The translations under genes were made by a program, and so were the position numbers. The notes beneath the pieces are model-generated. The model did no database searches and was not told where the DNA came from. It saw only the letters and a program-made list of their open reading frames with translations. A stretch of DNA of 64,000 nucleotides. It comes from an uncultured Thermoleophilia bacterium (GTDB lineage: Bacteria > Actinomycetota > Thermoleophilia > Gaiellales > F1-60-MAGs149). The stretch lies in the NCBI GenBank assembly GCA_963800515.1, contig CAWDBC010000006.1:2087-66086 (forward strand). Direction: 5' to 3'. This document shows positions 16,436-25,410 of the stretch, in pieces (positions within the stretch are counted from its first letter, which is position 1; each line of letters starts with the position of its first letter).

Positions 16436-17883
16436 GCCGGCTCGGCGCGCTCGGCCGCCAGTCGGCCGTCTACGGGATCGGCTCGGTGGTCCAGCGCTTC
16501 GTGGGGATCCCGCTCCTCTACGTCTACACGCACCACATGTCGCGGAACGAGTACGGCTACGCGGACTACGTCGTCGCGGCCGTCACGCTCGGGATCTCGC
16601 TCTTCGGCCTCGGCCTGCAGAACGCGATGTTCCGCTTCGCCTTCGACCACGAGCCGGGACCGGAGCGCGACCGCGTCGTCGCCACGGCCGCCCGGGCGCT
16701 CCTGCCGTGCGTCGCCGCGATCGTCCTCCTGGGCGCGCTCGCGACGGCGCTCGTGCCCGGGATCTCCGACTTCCCCGCCTCGCTCGTCGCCGTCGGCGCC
16801 GTGGGGCTCGTCGTCTCGATCCTCTACGACCTCGTCTCCGGCATCTACCGGGTCGCCCAGCAGCCGGTGGCCTACCTCCGCCTCTCCGCCGTCAACGTCG
16901 CCGTGACCGTCGTCCTCTCGGTCGTGCTCGTCACGGTGTTCGACCTGCAGGCGCTCGGCCTCCTGGCCGGCGCCTTCTCCGGGACCGCCGTGGCCCTGGC
17001 GGTCGGTGCGTTCCAGAAGCGGGACGTCCTCCGCCTCGCCCCGGATCGCTCGCTCGTCCGTCCGCTCCTCTCCTTCGGGCTGCCACTCGTCCCGAGTCGC
17101 GCGGCGATCTGGGTGCTCAACCTCGCCGATCGCGCCTTCGTCGAGGGCTTCCTCGGCGCCACCGTCCTCGGCACGTTCAGCGCGGGCGCCAAGCTCGCCC
17201 AGGTCATCGCGTTCTTCACGACCATCCTCCAGCTCTCCTGGCCCGCCTTCGCCTACTCGATCAGGGACGACGCGGAGGCCCGGACGATCTACGCCGACGT
17301 CCTCCGGATCTGGTTCCTGATCGTCGGCTGGGCCGTGGTCGTGCTCGCGGTCGCGCGGTTCCAGATCGCCGACCTGATGCTGCCCCCGCGGTGGCACGCC
17401 GCCGTCGGCGTGATCCCGATCTACGCCCTGGGACTCGCGATCTACGGCGCCTACTACGTCGTCTCCGTCGCCGTCGGCCGGGTCAAGGAGACGCGCCTGA
17501 ACGCCCTCGTCACCGGCGTCGCCGCCCTCGTCAACGTCGTCGCCACGATCGCGCTGATCCCCTGGCTCGGGATGGAGGGCGCCGCGTGGGCGAACGTGAT
17601 CGCCTACACCGTCATGCTCGGCGGCATCATCGTCCGCGCGCACCGCGTCTTCCCCGTCCCCTACGACTTCGGCCGGATCGGGGCGATCTGCGCCGCCGGG
17701 GCGGCCCTCGTCGCGGTCTCCGGGCTCGTGCCGGCCCACGGCTCCGCCGGGATCGGCCTCCGCGCCCTGATCGTGCTCGCCTTCCCGCTCGCCGTTCTCG
17801 CCTCCGGCGGGATCCGCCGATCCGAGGCCCGCCGCCTTCTGCACGGGGGCCTCCCGCGCGGCCTGCGCCCGGGTCGGGGCTGA
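16432..17883 (+). CDS. Wzx-type polysaccharide flippase (MOP superfamily)
   Basis: GTG 16432 overlaps the upstream TGA (GTGA). It is a hydrophobic multi-helix protein, with N-terminus ..SAVYGIGSVVQRFVGIPLLYVYTHHMSRNEYGYADYV.. and ..LLSFGLPLVPSRAAIWVLNLADRAFV.. This is the tail of ORF 15586..17883. Confidence 0.8.
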   Translation: MSRLGALGRQSAVYGIGSVVQRFVGIPLLYVYTHHMSRNEYGYADYVVAAVTLGISLFGLGLQNAMFRFAFDHEPGPERDRVVATAARALLPCVAAIVLLGALATALVPGISDFPASLVAVGAVGLVVSILYDLVSGIYRVAQQPVAYLRLSAVNVAVTVVLSVVLVTVFDLQALGLLAGAFSGTAVALAVGAFQKRDVLRLAPDRSLVRPLLSFGLPLVPSRAAIWVLNLADRAFVEGFLGATVLGTFSAGAKLAQVIAFFTTILQLSWPAFAYSIRDDAEARTIYADVLRIWFLIVGWAVVVLAVARFQIADLMLPPRWHAAVGVIPIYALGLAIYGAYYVVSVAVGRVKETRLNALVTGVAALVNVVATIALIPWLGMEGAAWANVIAYTVMLGGIIVRAHRVFPVPYDFGRIGAICAAGAALVAVSGLVPAHGSAGIGLRALIVLAFPLAVLASGGIRRSEARRLLHGGLPRGLRPGRG

Positions 17884-17932
17884 CGCCCGCTCGTCTACCC
17901 TTGGGCCGCTCCCAGACGAAAGGCCTGGAACC

Positions 17933-19057
17933 TTGCACGTGCTTCTCACCGGCGGCGCCGGCTTCATCGGCTCCCACCTCGCCGACCGGCTCCTCGCCGG
18001 AGGCCACGCTGTCCGCGCGCTGGACAACCTCGATCCGCAGGTCCACCCGCAGGGGATCCGGCCCGGCTACCTGGCCGACGACGTCGAGCTCGTCGTCGGC
18101 GACGTCCGCGACCACGACGCGGTCGGGCGGGCGCTCGAGGGCGTCGACTCGGTCGTGCATCTCGCCGCCGCCGTCGGCGTCGGCCAGTCGATGTACGAGA
18201 TCGAGCGGTACGTCTCGATCAACACGCTCGGCGCCGCCGTCCTGCTCGAGGAGATCCTGCGGCGACGCGACGCGATCGGCAAGATCGTCGTCGCCTCCTC
18301 GATGTCGATCTACGGCGAGGGCCTGCACCGCTGCCCGAGCCGGGGAGAGCGGGATCGCGCCGGCGCCGCGGCCCGTCGAGCAGCTGGCCGCGCGCGCGCT
18401 GGGAGCTCGAGGCTGCCGACGCGGCAGCCGGCTCGTGCCGGAGGCCACGGGCGAGGAGAAGCCGCTGGAGCCGACGTCCGTCTACGCCGTCACCAAGCGC
18501 GACCACGAGGAGCTGTTCCTCTGCCGTCGGCGCCGCCTACGCGATCCCCGCCGTCGCGCTGCGCTTCTTCAACGTCTACGGGACCCGCCAGGCGCTCGTC
18601 AACCCGTACACCGGGGTCGCGGCGATCTTCGCGTCGCGCCTGCTGAACGGCGAGCCCGCCGCTGGTCTTCGAGGACGGCCGGCAGAGCCGCGACTTCGTC
18701 GACGTCCGCGACGTCGCCGCGGCGATCGTGCCGCGCTCACGACCGCCGGCGGCGACGGGCGAGGCGATCAACCTCGGCACCGGCCGCTCGACGTCGATCG
18801 CCCAGGTCTTCCGGACGCTCGCCGACGGGCTCGGCCACACCGACCTCGAGCCCGAGGTCACGGAGCAGTTCCGCGCCGGCGACATCCGCCACTGCTTCGC
18901 CGACACGTCGAAGGCGCGGGAGCTCCTCGGCTTCTCCGCCGAGATCCCGTTCGACCGCGGCATGGGCGACCTCCTCGAGTGGCTGCAGGGACAGACGGCC
19001 GTGGACGCGACCCAGCGGGCGCGCGAGGAGCTCGTCTCCCGCGGCCTCGCCCGCTAG
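17933..19057 (+). pseudogene. NAD-dependent epimerase/dehydratase (SDR), interrupted by three +1 frame changes
   Basis: Head in ORF 17933..18646 (VLLTGGAGFIGSHLADRLL..SSMSIYGEGLHRC). Middle in ORF 16707..19076 (..PAPRPVEQLAAR..LVPEATGEEKPLEPTSVYAVTKRDHEELFL). Next segment in the third frame (VGAAYAIPAVALRFFNVYGTRQALVNPYTGVAAIFASRLLNGEP). Tail in the first frame again / ORF 18728..19057 (LVFEDGRQSRDFVDVRDV..AINLGTGRSTSI..IRHCFADTSKARELLGF). Switches are near 18340, 18522 (extra T in TTCCTCTGCC) and 18660. Confidence 0.8.
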
Positions 19058-19072
19058 GGATCGCGGCGCCCG

Positions 19073-20134
19073 TTGACCCGCTCGCCGAGCGCGCGGCCCG
19101 ATCCGGAGGCGTCGGAGGCGCGGAATCCGATCGAGATCCCGGATGTCACCGTCTCGATCGTCAACACGAGCCAGCGGGGCTTCACGCTCGCCTGCCTGGC
19201 GGCGCTCCGCGCCGACGAGAGCCGGTACGCGATCGAGGTCGTCGTCCTCGACAACGCCTCGGACGACGGCTCGGTCGCCGCGGTCGGCGCCGCCTACCCG
19301 GAGGCGCGCCAGATCGTGCAGCGGCGCCGCGCCGGCTTCGGAGCGAACCACAACGCCGTCATCCGGGCGACGGCGGGCCGGTACGTCTACGTGCTGAATG
19401 AGGATGCGACCGTGGAGCCGGGCTCGTTCGACCGGATGGTCGCCTACCTCGACGCCCATCCCGAGGTCGGCGCGCTCGGCACCCGGGTGGTCTACCCGGA
19501 CGGCCGCGACCAGCCGTCCGCCTGGCGCTTCCCGACGCCGGTCGTGCAGGCGCTGACCGCGGCCACGCTCGGGCGCTTCGGGATCGTCCAGTCCCGAGGC
19601 CAGGAGATCCGGCGGGTCGACTGGGCGATGGCCTGCGCGCTCCTCGTGCGCCGGGAGGCGCTCGACCGCGTCGGCCTCTTCGACGAGGGCTTCTTTCTCT
19701 ACTGCGAGGAGACCGACCTCCTGCTGCGGATGGCCGACGCCGGCTACGAGACGCACTACCTGCCGAGCGTGATCGTCACCCACCACGCCAAGCAGACGAG
19801 CGCGACGGTGCCGGAGCGGAGGATCGTCGAGCACTGGCGGAGCCGCCGGCGCTACTGGGCGAAGCACCACTCGCCCCTCGGCGCCCGGGCCGCCGCCTGG
19901 AGCGCCGGCGCGGCGTGGGGCGCCCGGGCCGGGGTGGCCGCCCTGGCGGCCCGCGTGCCGCCCCTCCGCCGCCTCTACCGGCCGCGGCCGGCCGACGTCG
20001 CCCAGTACGCGCTGAACGCCCGGCTCGCGTTCCGGACGTCCGGGGGGCCGGGGATCCGTGAGCTCGCCGAGGCCTGGAACGCGGAGCACGCCGTTCCCCT
20101 CGAGCAGGAGCGGGACGCTGCTCGAGCCGTCTGA
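19073..20134 (+). CDS. Family 2 glycosyltransferase
   Basis: ..VTVSIVNTSQRGFTLACLAAL..VVVLDNASDDGS..RYVYVLNEDATVEPG..DWAMACALLVRREALDRVGLFDEGFFLYCEETDL.. TTG start at 19073 (no ATG/GTG in frame). Confidence 0.85.
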   Translation: MTRSPSARPDPEASEARNPIEIPDVTVSIVNTSQRGFTLACLAALRADESRYAIEVVVLDNASDDGSVAAVGAAYPEARQIVQRRRAGFGANHNAVIRATAGRYVYVLNEDATVEPGSFDRMVAYLDAHPEVGALGTRVVYPDGRDQPSAWRFPTPVVQALTAATLGRFGIVQSRGQEIRRVDWAMACALLVRREALDRVGLFDEGFFLYCEETDLLLRMADAGYETHYLPSVIVTHHAKQTSATVPERRIVEHWRSRRRYWAKHHSPLGARAAAWSAGAAWGARAGVAALAARVPPLRRLYRPRPADVAQYALNARLAFRTSGGPGIRELAEAWNAEHAVPLEQERDAARAV

Positions 20135-21344
20135 GCGACGGGAGCTGGCGCGGCTCGTCGGACGCGGCGGCTCGCCGCCGGCGATCGTCTGCGACGTCGG
20201 CTTCACGAACGGCCTGTCGGCGATCCGGGCACTCGTCGCGCTCGGGGTCCGGGTCGTCGCCATCGACCATCGACCGAACGCGCTCGGCTTCTCGGCCCGC
20301 GGCGCGATCGGCGTCGTCGCGCCCTCGCCGACCGACGATCCGGACGGGTATGCGGAGACGATCGCCGGCGTCGTCCGCGAGCTCCGTACCGTCGCCGTCG
20401 GGTTCGCGACCCACGACGCGACGCTCGTCGCCCTGACGAGGGCGGCGTCGGAGCTTCCGAACCTCGTCGTCCCTGGACCCGACGTGGCCGCGCTCGCCGT
20501 CATCCAGCGCAAGGAGGCGCAGCTCGACGCCGCCCGCCGGGCCGGCGTTCCGATCCCGGCGACCGTGCGCGTGACGACGGTCGCGCAGGCCGACGAGGTC
20601 CGTTCGACGCTCGCGTTCCCGATCGTCGTCAAGCCCGAGAACGGCATCCGCTTCAAGGAGGTCATCGGCCTCCAGCTCCTCGACGTCGAATCGCCGGACG
20701 ACCTCGCCGCCGTGCTCGGCCGCGCGTTCGCGACGGGCGAGGAGGCCCTCCTGCTCCAGGAGGTGGTGGAGGGCGGCGATGACGCCCTGTGGACGGTCGG
20801 CAGCTTCACCGATGGCCGCGGCGAGCTGCGAGGCGTCTTCTGCGGCCGCAAGCTCGCCCAGATGCCGCCGCGCTTCGGCACGGCGCGGGTCGCCGAAGCC
20901 CGCTTCGAGCCCGAGCCCATCGAGCTCGCCCGCCGCCTCCTCGCCGAGCTCGACTATCGCGGGATCGCCCAGACGGAGTTCAAGCGCGATCCCCGCGACG
21001 GGACCTTCCGCCTGATGGAGGTGAACCCACGGCTCTGGCAGTGGCACTCCCTCGCCCGGCGCTGCGGCGTCGACCTCGTCGGCATGGCCTACCGGGAGGC
21101 GATCGGCGGCGATCCGGGTCGCGCGACGTCCTCTCCGCGCGACGACGGGCGGCGCTGGGTGCCGACCGTCGCCCACTGGCGGTCCGCCCGGGCGCACGGC
21201 GAGTCGCGCCGGCAGGCGCTCCGCCCGCTGGTCGGCCTCGTCGAGGAGCCGATCCTCTCCTTCCGCGACCCGCTGCCCGGTGCGAAGACGCTCGCCGGGG
21301 CCCTCGTCGGCCCGCTCCGCCGCCGGCGCGGAGGCGGCCGATGA
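20058..21344 (+). CDS. ATP-grasp carboxylate-amine ligase-like protein
   Basis: ..PPAIVCDVGFTNGLSAIRALVALGVRVVAID..FPIVVKPENG..LLLQEVVEGGDDALWTVGSF..GIAQTEFKRDPRDGTFRLMEVNPRLWQWH.. The only canonical in-frame start (GTG 20058) overlaps the GT2 gene by 77 nt, so the true start is uncertain. Confidence 0.8.
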   Translation: MSSPRPGTRSTPFPSSRSGTLLEPSERRELARLVGRGGSPPAIVCDVGFTNGLSAIRALVALGVRVVAIDHRPNALGFSARGAIGVVAPSPTDDPDGYAETIAGVVRELRTVAVGFATHDATLVALTRAASELPNLVVPGPDVAALAVIQRKEAQLDAARRAGVPIPATVRVTTVAQADEVRSTLAFPIVVKPENGIRFKEVIGLQLLDVESPDDLAAVLGRAFATGEEALLLQEVVEGGDDALWTVGSFTDGRGELRGVFCGRKLAQMPPRFGTARVAEARFEPEPIELARRLLAELDYRGIAQTEFKRDPRDGTFRLMEVNPRLWQWHSLARRCGVDLVGMAYREAIGGDPGRATSSPRDDGRRWVPTVAHWRSARAHGESRRQALRPLVGLVEEPILSFRDPLPGAKTLAGALVGPLRRRRGGGR

Positions 21345-22636
21345 GCGCGGGGGTCCGCTTCGCCGTCGAGGCGCCGCAGCCGATCGCCGGGCGTGCCCGC
21401 TACGTCCTCGAGGTGCTGGCCGCGTCCCTCGGCGTCGCCGTGGACGGCGACGCGGCGGCGGCCGTCGCGTGGCCGAGCCCCGAGCTGCCGCTGCACGAGG
21501 AGGACTGGAGGGAGGCCGCGGATCCGCCGGCGGGGCGTGATCCCCTCGCCCGCGCCTTCTGGTTCCTCGCCCGCGTCGAGGAGCAGCTCCCCGGAGCGGC
21601 CCGGGACGAGCACGGCCGCTTCCCCTGGACTGCGAGCTTCGCCGCCCGCGCCGGGATCGACCCCCTGGCCGCTCCCGTGGACGAGATCCGGACCCAGCTC
21701 CGCGGACTCCTCGAACGCGCCGAGATCGACGTGCCGCCGTCGCCGTGGCCCGACGGCCGCAGCTTCGCCCTCGCCCCCTCCCACGACATCGACGGCGTCG
21801 TCCGCTTCGGCCGCGGCCGCCTCCGCGGGCTCCTGCAGGCGGCCGGCCAGGTCCGGCGGCGACGGCTCGGCGCCGCCGGTCGCACGCTCCGCGCCCTCGC
21901 GGCCGATGTCTGCGGCGAGCGGGACCCCTGGTGGACCTTCGAGGAGATGGCGGCGATCGAACGGCGACACGGCGCGCGCTCGACGCACTTCTTCCTCGTC
22001 GACCACGTCGCGCCCGAGGACGGCCCGCCGCCGGCCGGCGACACGACCCGGCTTCCCGACGCGATCGCCGAGGTCGTGGGCCTCGGCGACGAGGTGGGCC
22101 TCCATCCGTCCTACACGTCGTACCTCCTGCCGAACCGGATCGTCGACGAGCGGGCGGAGCTCGCCGCGCTGTCCGGGCTGGCGCCGTCGTCCGTGGTCCG
22201 GCACCACTACCTGCGCGTGCGGCCCGACGGCGGCCCGGCGGCGCTCGCCCGGAGCGGGCTCGAGGTGGACTCGTCCCTCGGCTGGGCGGAGCGTCCGGGG
22301 TTCCGCTCCGGCTTCTCCTTCCCGCACCGCCTCTACGACCTCGAGCGCGAGAGCATCCTGCCGCTCGTCGAGGTCCCCCTGCTCCTGATGGACGCGACGC
22401 TCGACCAGCCCCGCTTCCTCGACCTCTCCCCGTCCGAGGCGACGAGGCTCGCCCGCCACGCGGTGGACGCCCTGGCCTGGACCGGCGGCGGCGCCTCGAT
22501 CCTCTGGCACAACGACCGCTTCGACCGGTTCGAGCCGCCGCGGATGGCGGCGCTCTACGAGGAGCTCCTCGCCCTCGCCGTCGAGCGGGGGGCCTGGCTC
22601 GCGCCAGTCGGCGAGGTGGGCGCCCGCTTCCGCTGA
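21341..22636 (+). CDS. Polysaccharide-deacetylase-like (CE4-like) protein with an uncharacterised N-terminal domain
   Basis: ATG 21341 overlaps the upstream TGA (ATGA). ..FALAPSHDIDGV..RSTHFFLV..DEVGLHPSY..VVRHHYLRV..GLEVDSSLGW..GFSFPHRLYD..ILWHNDRF.. This is the tail of ORF 20789..22636. Confidence 0.75.
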   Translation: MSAGVRFAVEAPQPIAGRARYVLEVLAASLGVAVDGDAAAAVAWPSPELPLHEEDWREAADPPAGRDPLARAFWFLARVEEQLPGAARDEHGRFPWTASFAARAGIDPLAAPVDEIRTQLRGLLERAEIDVPPSPWPDGRSFALAPSHDIDGVVRFGRGRLRGLLQAAGQVRRRRLGAAGRTLRALAADVCGERDPWWTFEEMAAIERRHGARSTHFFLVDHVAPEDGPPPAGDTTRLPDAIAEVVGLGDEVGLHPSYTSYLLPNRIVDERAELAALSGLAPSSVVRHHYLRVRPDGGPAALARSGLEVDSSLGWAERPGFRSGFSFPHRLYDLERESILPLVEVPLLLMDATLDQPRFLDLSPSEATRLARHAVDALAWTGGGASILWHNDRFDRFEPPRMAALYEELLALAVERGAWLAPVGEVGARFR

Positions 22637-22648
22637 GTCGGGCCGGAT

Positions 22649-23380
22649 TCAGCCGACCCGGTAGCGGAGGAAGAGGAAGCCGTCGTCCTCCAGGATCAAG
22701 GTCGGAGCCAGCCGAGCCGGCGCCGGAAGCGGCGGGCCGCTGAGGATCCGGGGGGCGGGCCCGGCGAGGAGGAGGGGCGACACGGTGAGCGAGAGCTCGT
22801 CCAGCCGGCCGGCCGCGGCGAGCTGCGCCAGCAGGGTCGGGCCGCCCTCGCACCCGACGCGGCGGAGCCCTCGTTCGGCGAGCGCATCGAGCATCGCCGG
22901 CATCTCGACCTCGTCCTCCCCGGCCAGGATCACGTCGGCGAGACCGACGAGGGCGTCGAGGCGGGCGGTGGGCGCGGCCCGGCAGGTGATCACGAGGGGA
23001 GGGACGATGGTGTCGGCGAAGAGCGGCCCGGCGGGGTCGAGCGCGCCGCTCCGGGTGACCACGGCGATCGGCGGCACGGACGCGAGCCCGCGCTCGACGC
23101 GGCGGGCGCGCTCCCGCTCGTCCGGTCGGTAGCCGCCGTACCCCTCGGCCCGCGCGGTGGAGGCCCCGACCAGGATGACGTCGGCGTGCGTGCGCAGGAG
23201 GGCGAAGAGCAGCCCGTCGGCCGTCCCCGAGAGCCCGGCGGAGAGGCCGCCGGCCGTCGCCGCGCCGTCCGCCGAGCCCACCATCGTCCCGCGGACGTGC
23301 TGCCGTCCCGGGTCCGCCACCCAGTAGGCGGCGTCGAGATCGACGTCCTCGGTCGGCGGCGGCGGGAACAGGCGGCGCAC
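22649..23380 (-). CDS. RibD C-terminal-domain / DHFR-fold pyrimidine or pterin reductase family protein
   Basis: GTG at 23380. ..HVRGTMVGSADGAATAGG.SAGLSG..D..LFALLRTHADVILVGASTARAEGY..CEGGPTLLAQLAAAGRLDELSLTVSPLLLG.. This is the tail of ORF 22649..24106. Confidence 0.8.
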   Translation of the reverse strand: MRRLFPPPPTEDVDLDAAYWVADPGRQHVRGTMVGSADGAATAGGLSAGLSGTADGLLFALLRTHADVILVGASTARAEGYGGYRPDERERARRVERGLASVPPIAVVTRSGALDPAGPLFADTIVPPLVITCRAAPTARLDALVGLADVILAGEDEVEMPAMLDALAERGLRRVGCEGGPTLLAQLAAAGRLDELSLTVSPLLLAGPAPRILSGPPLPAPARLAPTLILEDDGFLFLRYRVG

Positions 23381-23512
23381 GGGCCAAGGTCTAGCCGAAG
23401 CCCCTCGGCGCCGCGCCGTCCTGCGGGCTTGTCGCCGCGGCTGGAGCGGTCTGGCCGTGTCCCGTCCGGCGGCGCGGGGTAAGGCCCGCCGACCGGTGCG
23501 CGCTAACGGGGC

Positions 23513-24163
23513 ATGACGACACCCCGACTCGACGCTCCAGCGAACGGATACCGCCACCCTCCGGACGCGCTCCGCCCACCGCCGGTCGGACCGCTCGACC
23601 GGGCCCCGATCGATCTCGCCGCCGTGGAGCGGGCCGCCCGCGAGCTCCTGCGGGCGCTGGGCGCGGATCTCGACGACGAGGGGCTGCGGGACACCCCGCG
23701 GCGGCTGGCCGACACCTACGCCGAGCTGCTCACCCCCGAGCCGTTCAGCCTGACGACGTTCCCGAACACCGAGGCCTACGACGAGCTCGTCGTCGTCCGC
23801 GACATTCCGTTCTCCTCCCTCTGCATGCACCACCTGCTCCCGTTCCACGGCGTCGCGCACATCGGCTACCTGCCCGCCGGGCGGATCCTCGGGCTCTCGA
23901 AGCTCGCCCGCGTGGTCGACCTCTTCGCCCGCGACCTCCAGGTGCAGGAGCGGCTGACGGCCCAGATCGCCGGCCTCCTGGAGGAGCGGCTGGAGCCGAA
24001 GGGCGTCGGCGTGGTGCTCGAGGCGGAGCACCTGTGCATGTCGCTCCGCGGGGTCCAGAAGCCCGGGGCGAGCACCGTGACCTCCGTGCTCCGTGGGCTC
24101 GTGCACGACGATGCCCGCACGCGAGAGGAGTTCCTGATGCTGACCGGCGGCCGATCCCGATGA
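23513..24163 (+). CDS. folE: GTP cyclohydrolase I
   Basis: ..GLRDTPRRLADTYAELL..VVVRDIPFSSLCMHHLLPFHGVAHIGYLP..ILGLSKLARVVDLFARDLQVQERLT..VLEAEHLCMSLRGV.. (canonical FolE core). Confidence 0.93.
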   Translation: MTTPRLDAPANGYRHPPDALRPPPVGPLDRAPIDLAAVERAARELLRALGADLDDEGLRDTPRRLADTYAELLTPEPFSLTTFPNTEAYDELVVVRDIPFSSLCMHHLLPFHGVAHIGYLPAGRILGLSKLARVVDLFARDLQVQERLTAQIAGLLEERLEPKGVGVVLEAEHLCMSLRGVQKPGASTVTSVLRGLVHDDARTREEFLMLTGGRSR

Positions 24164-25410
24164 GCCCGCACGAGACCTTCGTGATCGTCGGCGCGAGCCT
24201 GGCGGGCGCCAAGGCCGCCGAGGAGCTGCGCGAGCGCGGATTCGAGGGGCGGGTGGTCCTGATCGGGTCCGAGCCGGAGCGGCCCTACGAGCGCCCGCCC
24301 CTGAGCAAGGACTACCTACGGGGCGAGTCCGACCGGGCGCGTGCCTACGTGCACGAGGACGGCTTCTACGACGAGCAGGCGATCGAGCTCCTGACGGGCA
24401 CGACCGTGACGGCGATCGACGTGGGCGGGGCGCGGGTCACGCTCGACACGGGCGTCGACCTCGCCTACGACCGGCTGCTCCTCGCCACCGGCGCGGAGCC
24501 GCGGCGGATCCCGCTTCCGGCCGGCACCGAGCGCGTCGAGACCCTGCGGACCCTCGCCGACTGCGACCGGCTCCGCGAGCGGCTGGCCAGCGGCGGTCGG
24601 GTCGCCGTCGTCGGCGCCGGCTGGATCGGCAGCGAGGTCGCCGCCTCGGCGCGCCAGCGCGGGCTCGAGGTGACGCTGATCGATCCGTCGCCGCGCCCGA
24701 ACGAGCGGATCTTCGGCGCCGAGATGGGCGCCTTCTTCCGCGACCTCCACGCGCGGAACGGCGTCGAGCTGGCCCTCGGCGAGCGGGTGGAGTCGATCAC
24801 GGACGAGGGAGCGCTCGTCCGCGTGCGGACCGAGGCGGGCCGGGTCGTCGAGTGCGACTTCGCCGTCGTCGGCATCGGCGTGACCCCGCGCGTCGCGCTC
24901 GCGGAGGCGGCCGGGCTGGCCGTCGGGGACGGCGTCCTCGTCGACGAGGCGCTCCGGACCTCGGCGGCGGACGTCTTCGCGGCCGGCGACGTCGCGGCTG
25001 CCTGGCATCCGTTCTACGGGGAGCGGATCCGGGTCGAGCACTGGGCCAACGCCCTCGAGCAGGGCCCGGCGGCGGCGCGCTCGATGCTCGGGGAGGCGAC
25101 GAGCTACGACGCGATCCCCTTCTTCTTCTCCGACCAGTACGACGTCGGCCTGGAGTACTCGGGCGACGCGCGGCGATCGGATCGGCTCGTCGTCCGCGGC
25201 GCCCCCGCGAGCGGAGAGTTCCTCGCCTTCTGGCTCGCCGGGGGACGGGTCGTCGCGGGCATGAACGTCAACGTCTGGGATGTCGCGGACGACATCAAGG
25301 CGCTGATCCGCGGCCGCCGCGTGGTCGACGCCGAGGCCCTGGCCGATCCGGCGACCCCGCTCGCGGCGCTGATCGGCGAGGCGCCCGGTGCGCCCGGGGA
25401 GCACCGATGA
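24160..25410 (+). CDS. Ferredoxin-reductase-type FAD/NAD(P)H pyridine-nucleotide-disulfide oxidoreductase
   Basis: ATG 24160 overlaps the folE TGA (ATGA). FVIVGASLAGAKAAEELR, RVAVVGAGWIGSEVAASA, DVFAAGDVAA, ..RVEHWANA..YDAIPFFFSDQYD.. This is the tail of ORF 24034..25410. Confidence 0.88.
   Translation: MSPHETFVIVGASLAGAKAAEELRERGFEGRVVLIGSEPERPYERPPLSKDYLRGESDRARAYVHEDGFYDEQAIELLTGTTVTAIDVGGARVTLDTGVDLAYDRLLLATGAEPRRIPLPAGTERVETLRTLADCDRLRERLASGGRVAVVGAGWIGSEVAASARQRGLEVTLIDPSPRPNERIFGAEMGAFFRDLHARNGVELALGERVESITDEGALVRVRTEAGRVVECDFAVVGIGVTPRVALAEAAGLAVGDGVLVDEALRTSAADVFAAGDVAAAWHPFYGERIRVEHWANALEQGPAAARSMLGEATSYDAIPFFFSDQYDVGLEYSGDARRSDRLVVRGAPASGEFLAFWLAGGRVVAGMNVNVWDVADDIKALIRGRRVVDAEALADPATPLAALIGEAPGAPGEHR

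Noticed and set aside
18380-18440. Additional compensating frameshifts inside the epimerase insertion segment (WELEAAD in a third frame) and near 18720-18760 (ALTTAGGDG)
   Set aside because: The alternative-frame peptides look plausible. But each requires two closely spaced indels and rests only on my memory of homologue sequences, which is not enough to claim. I report three shifts as the minimum.
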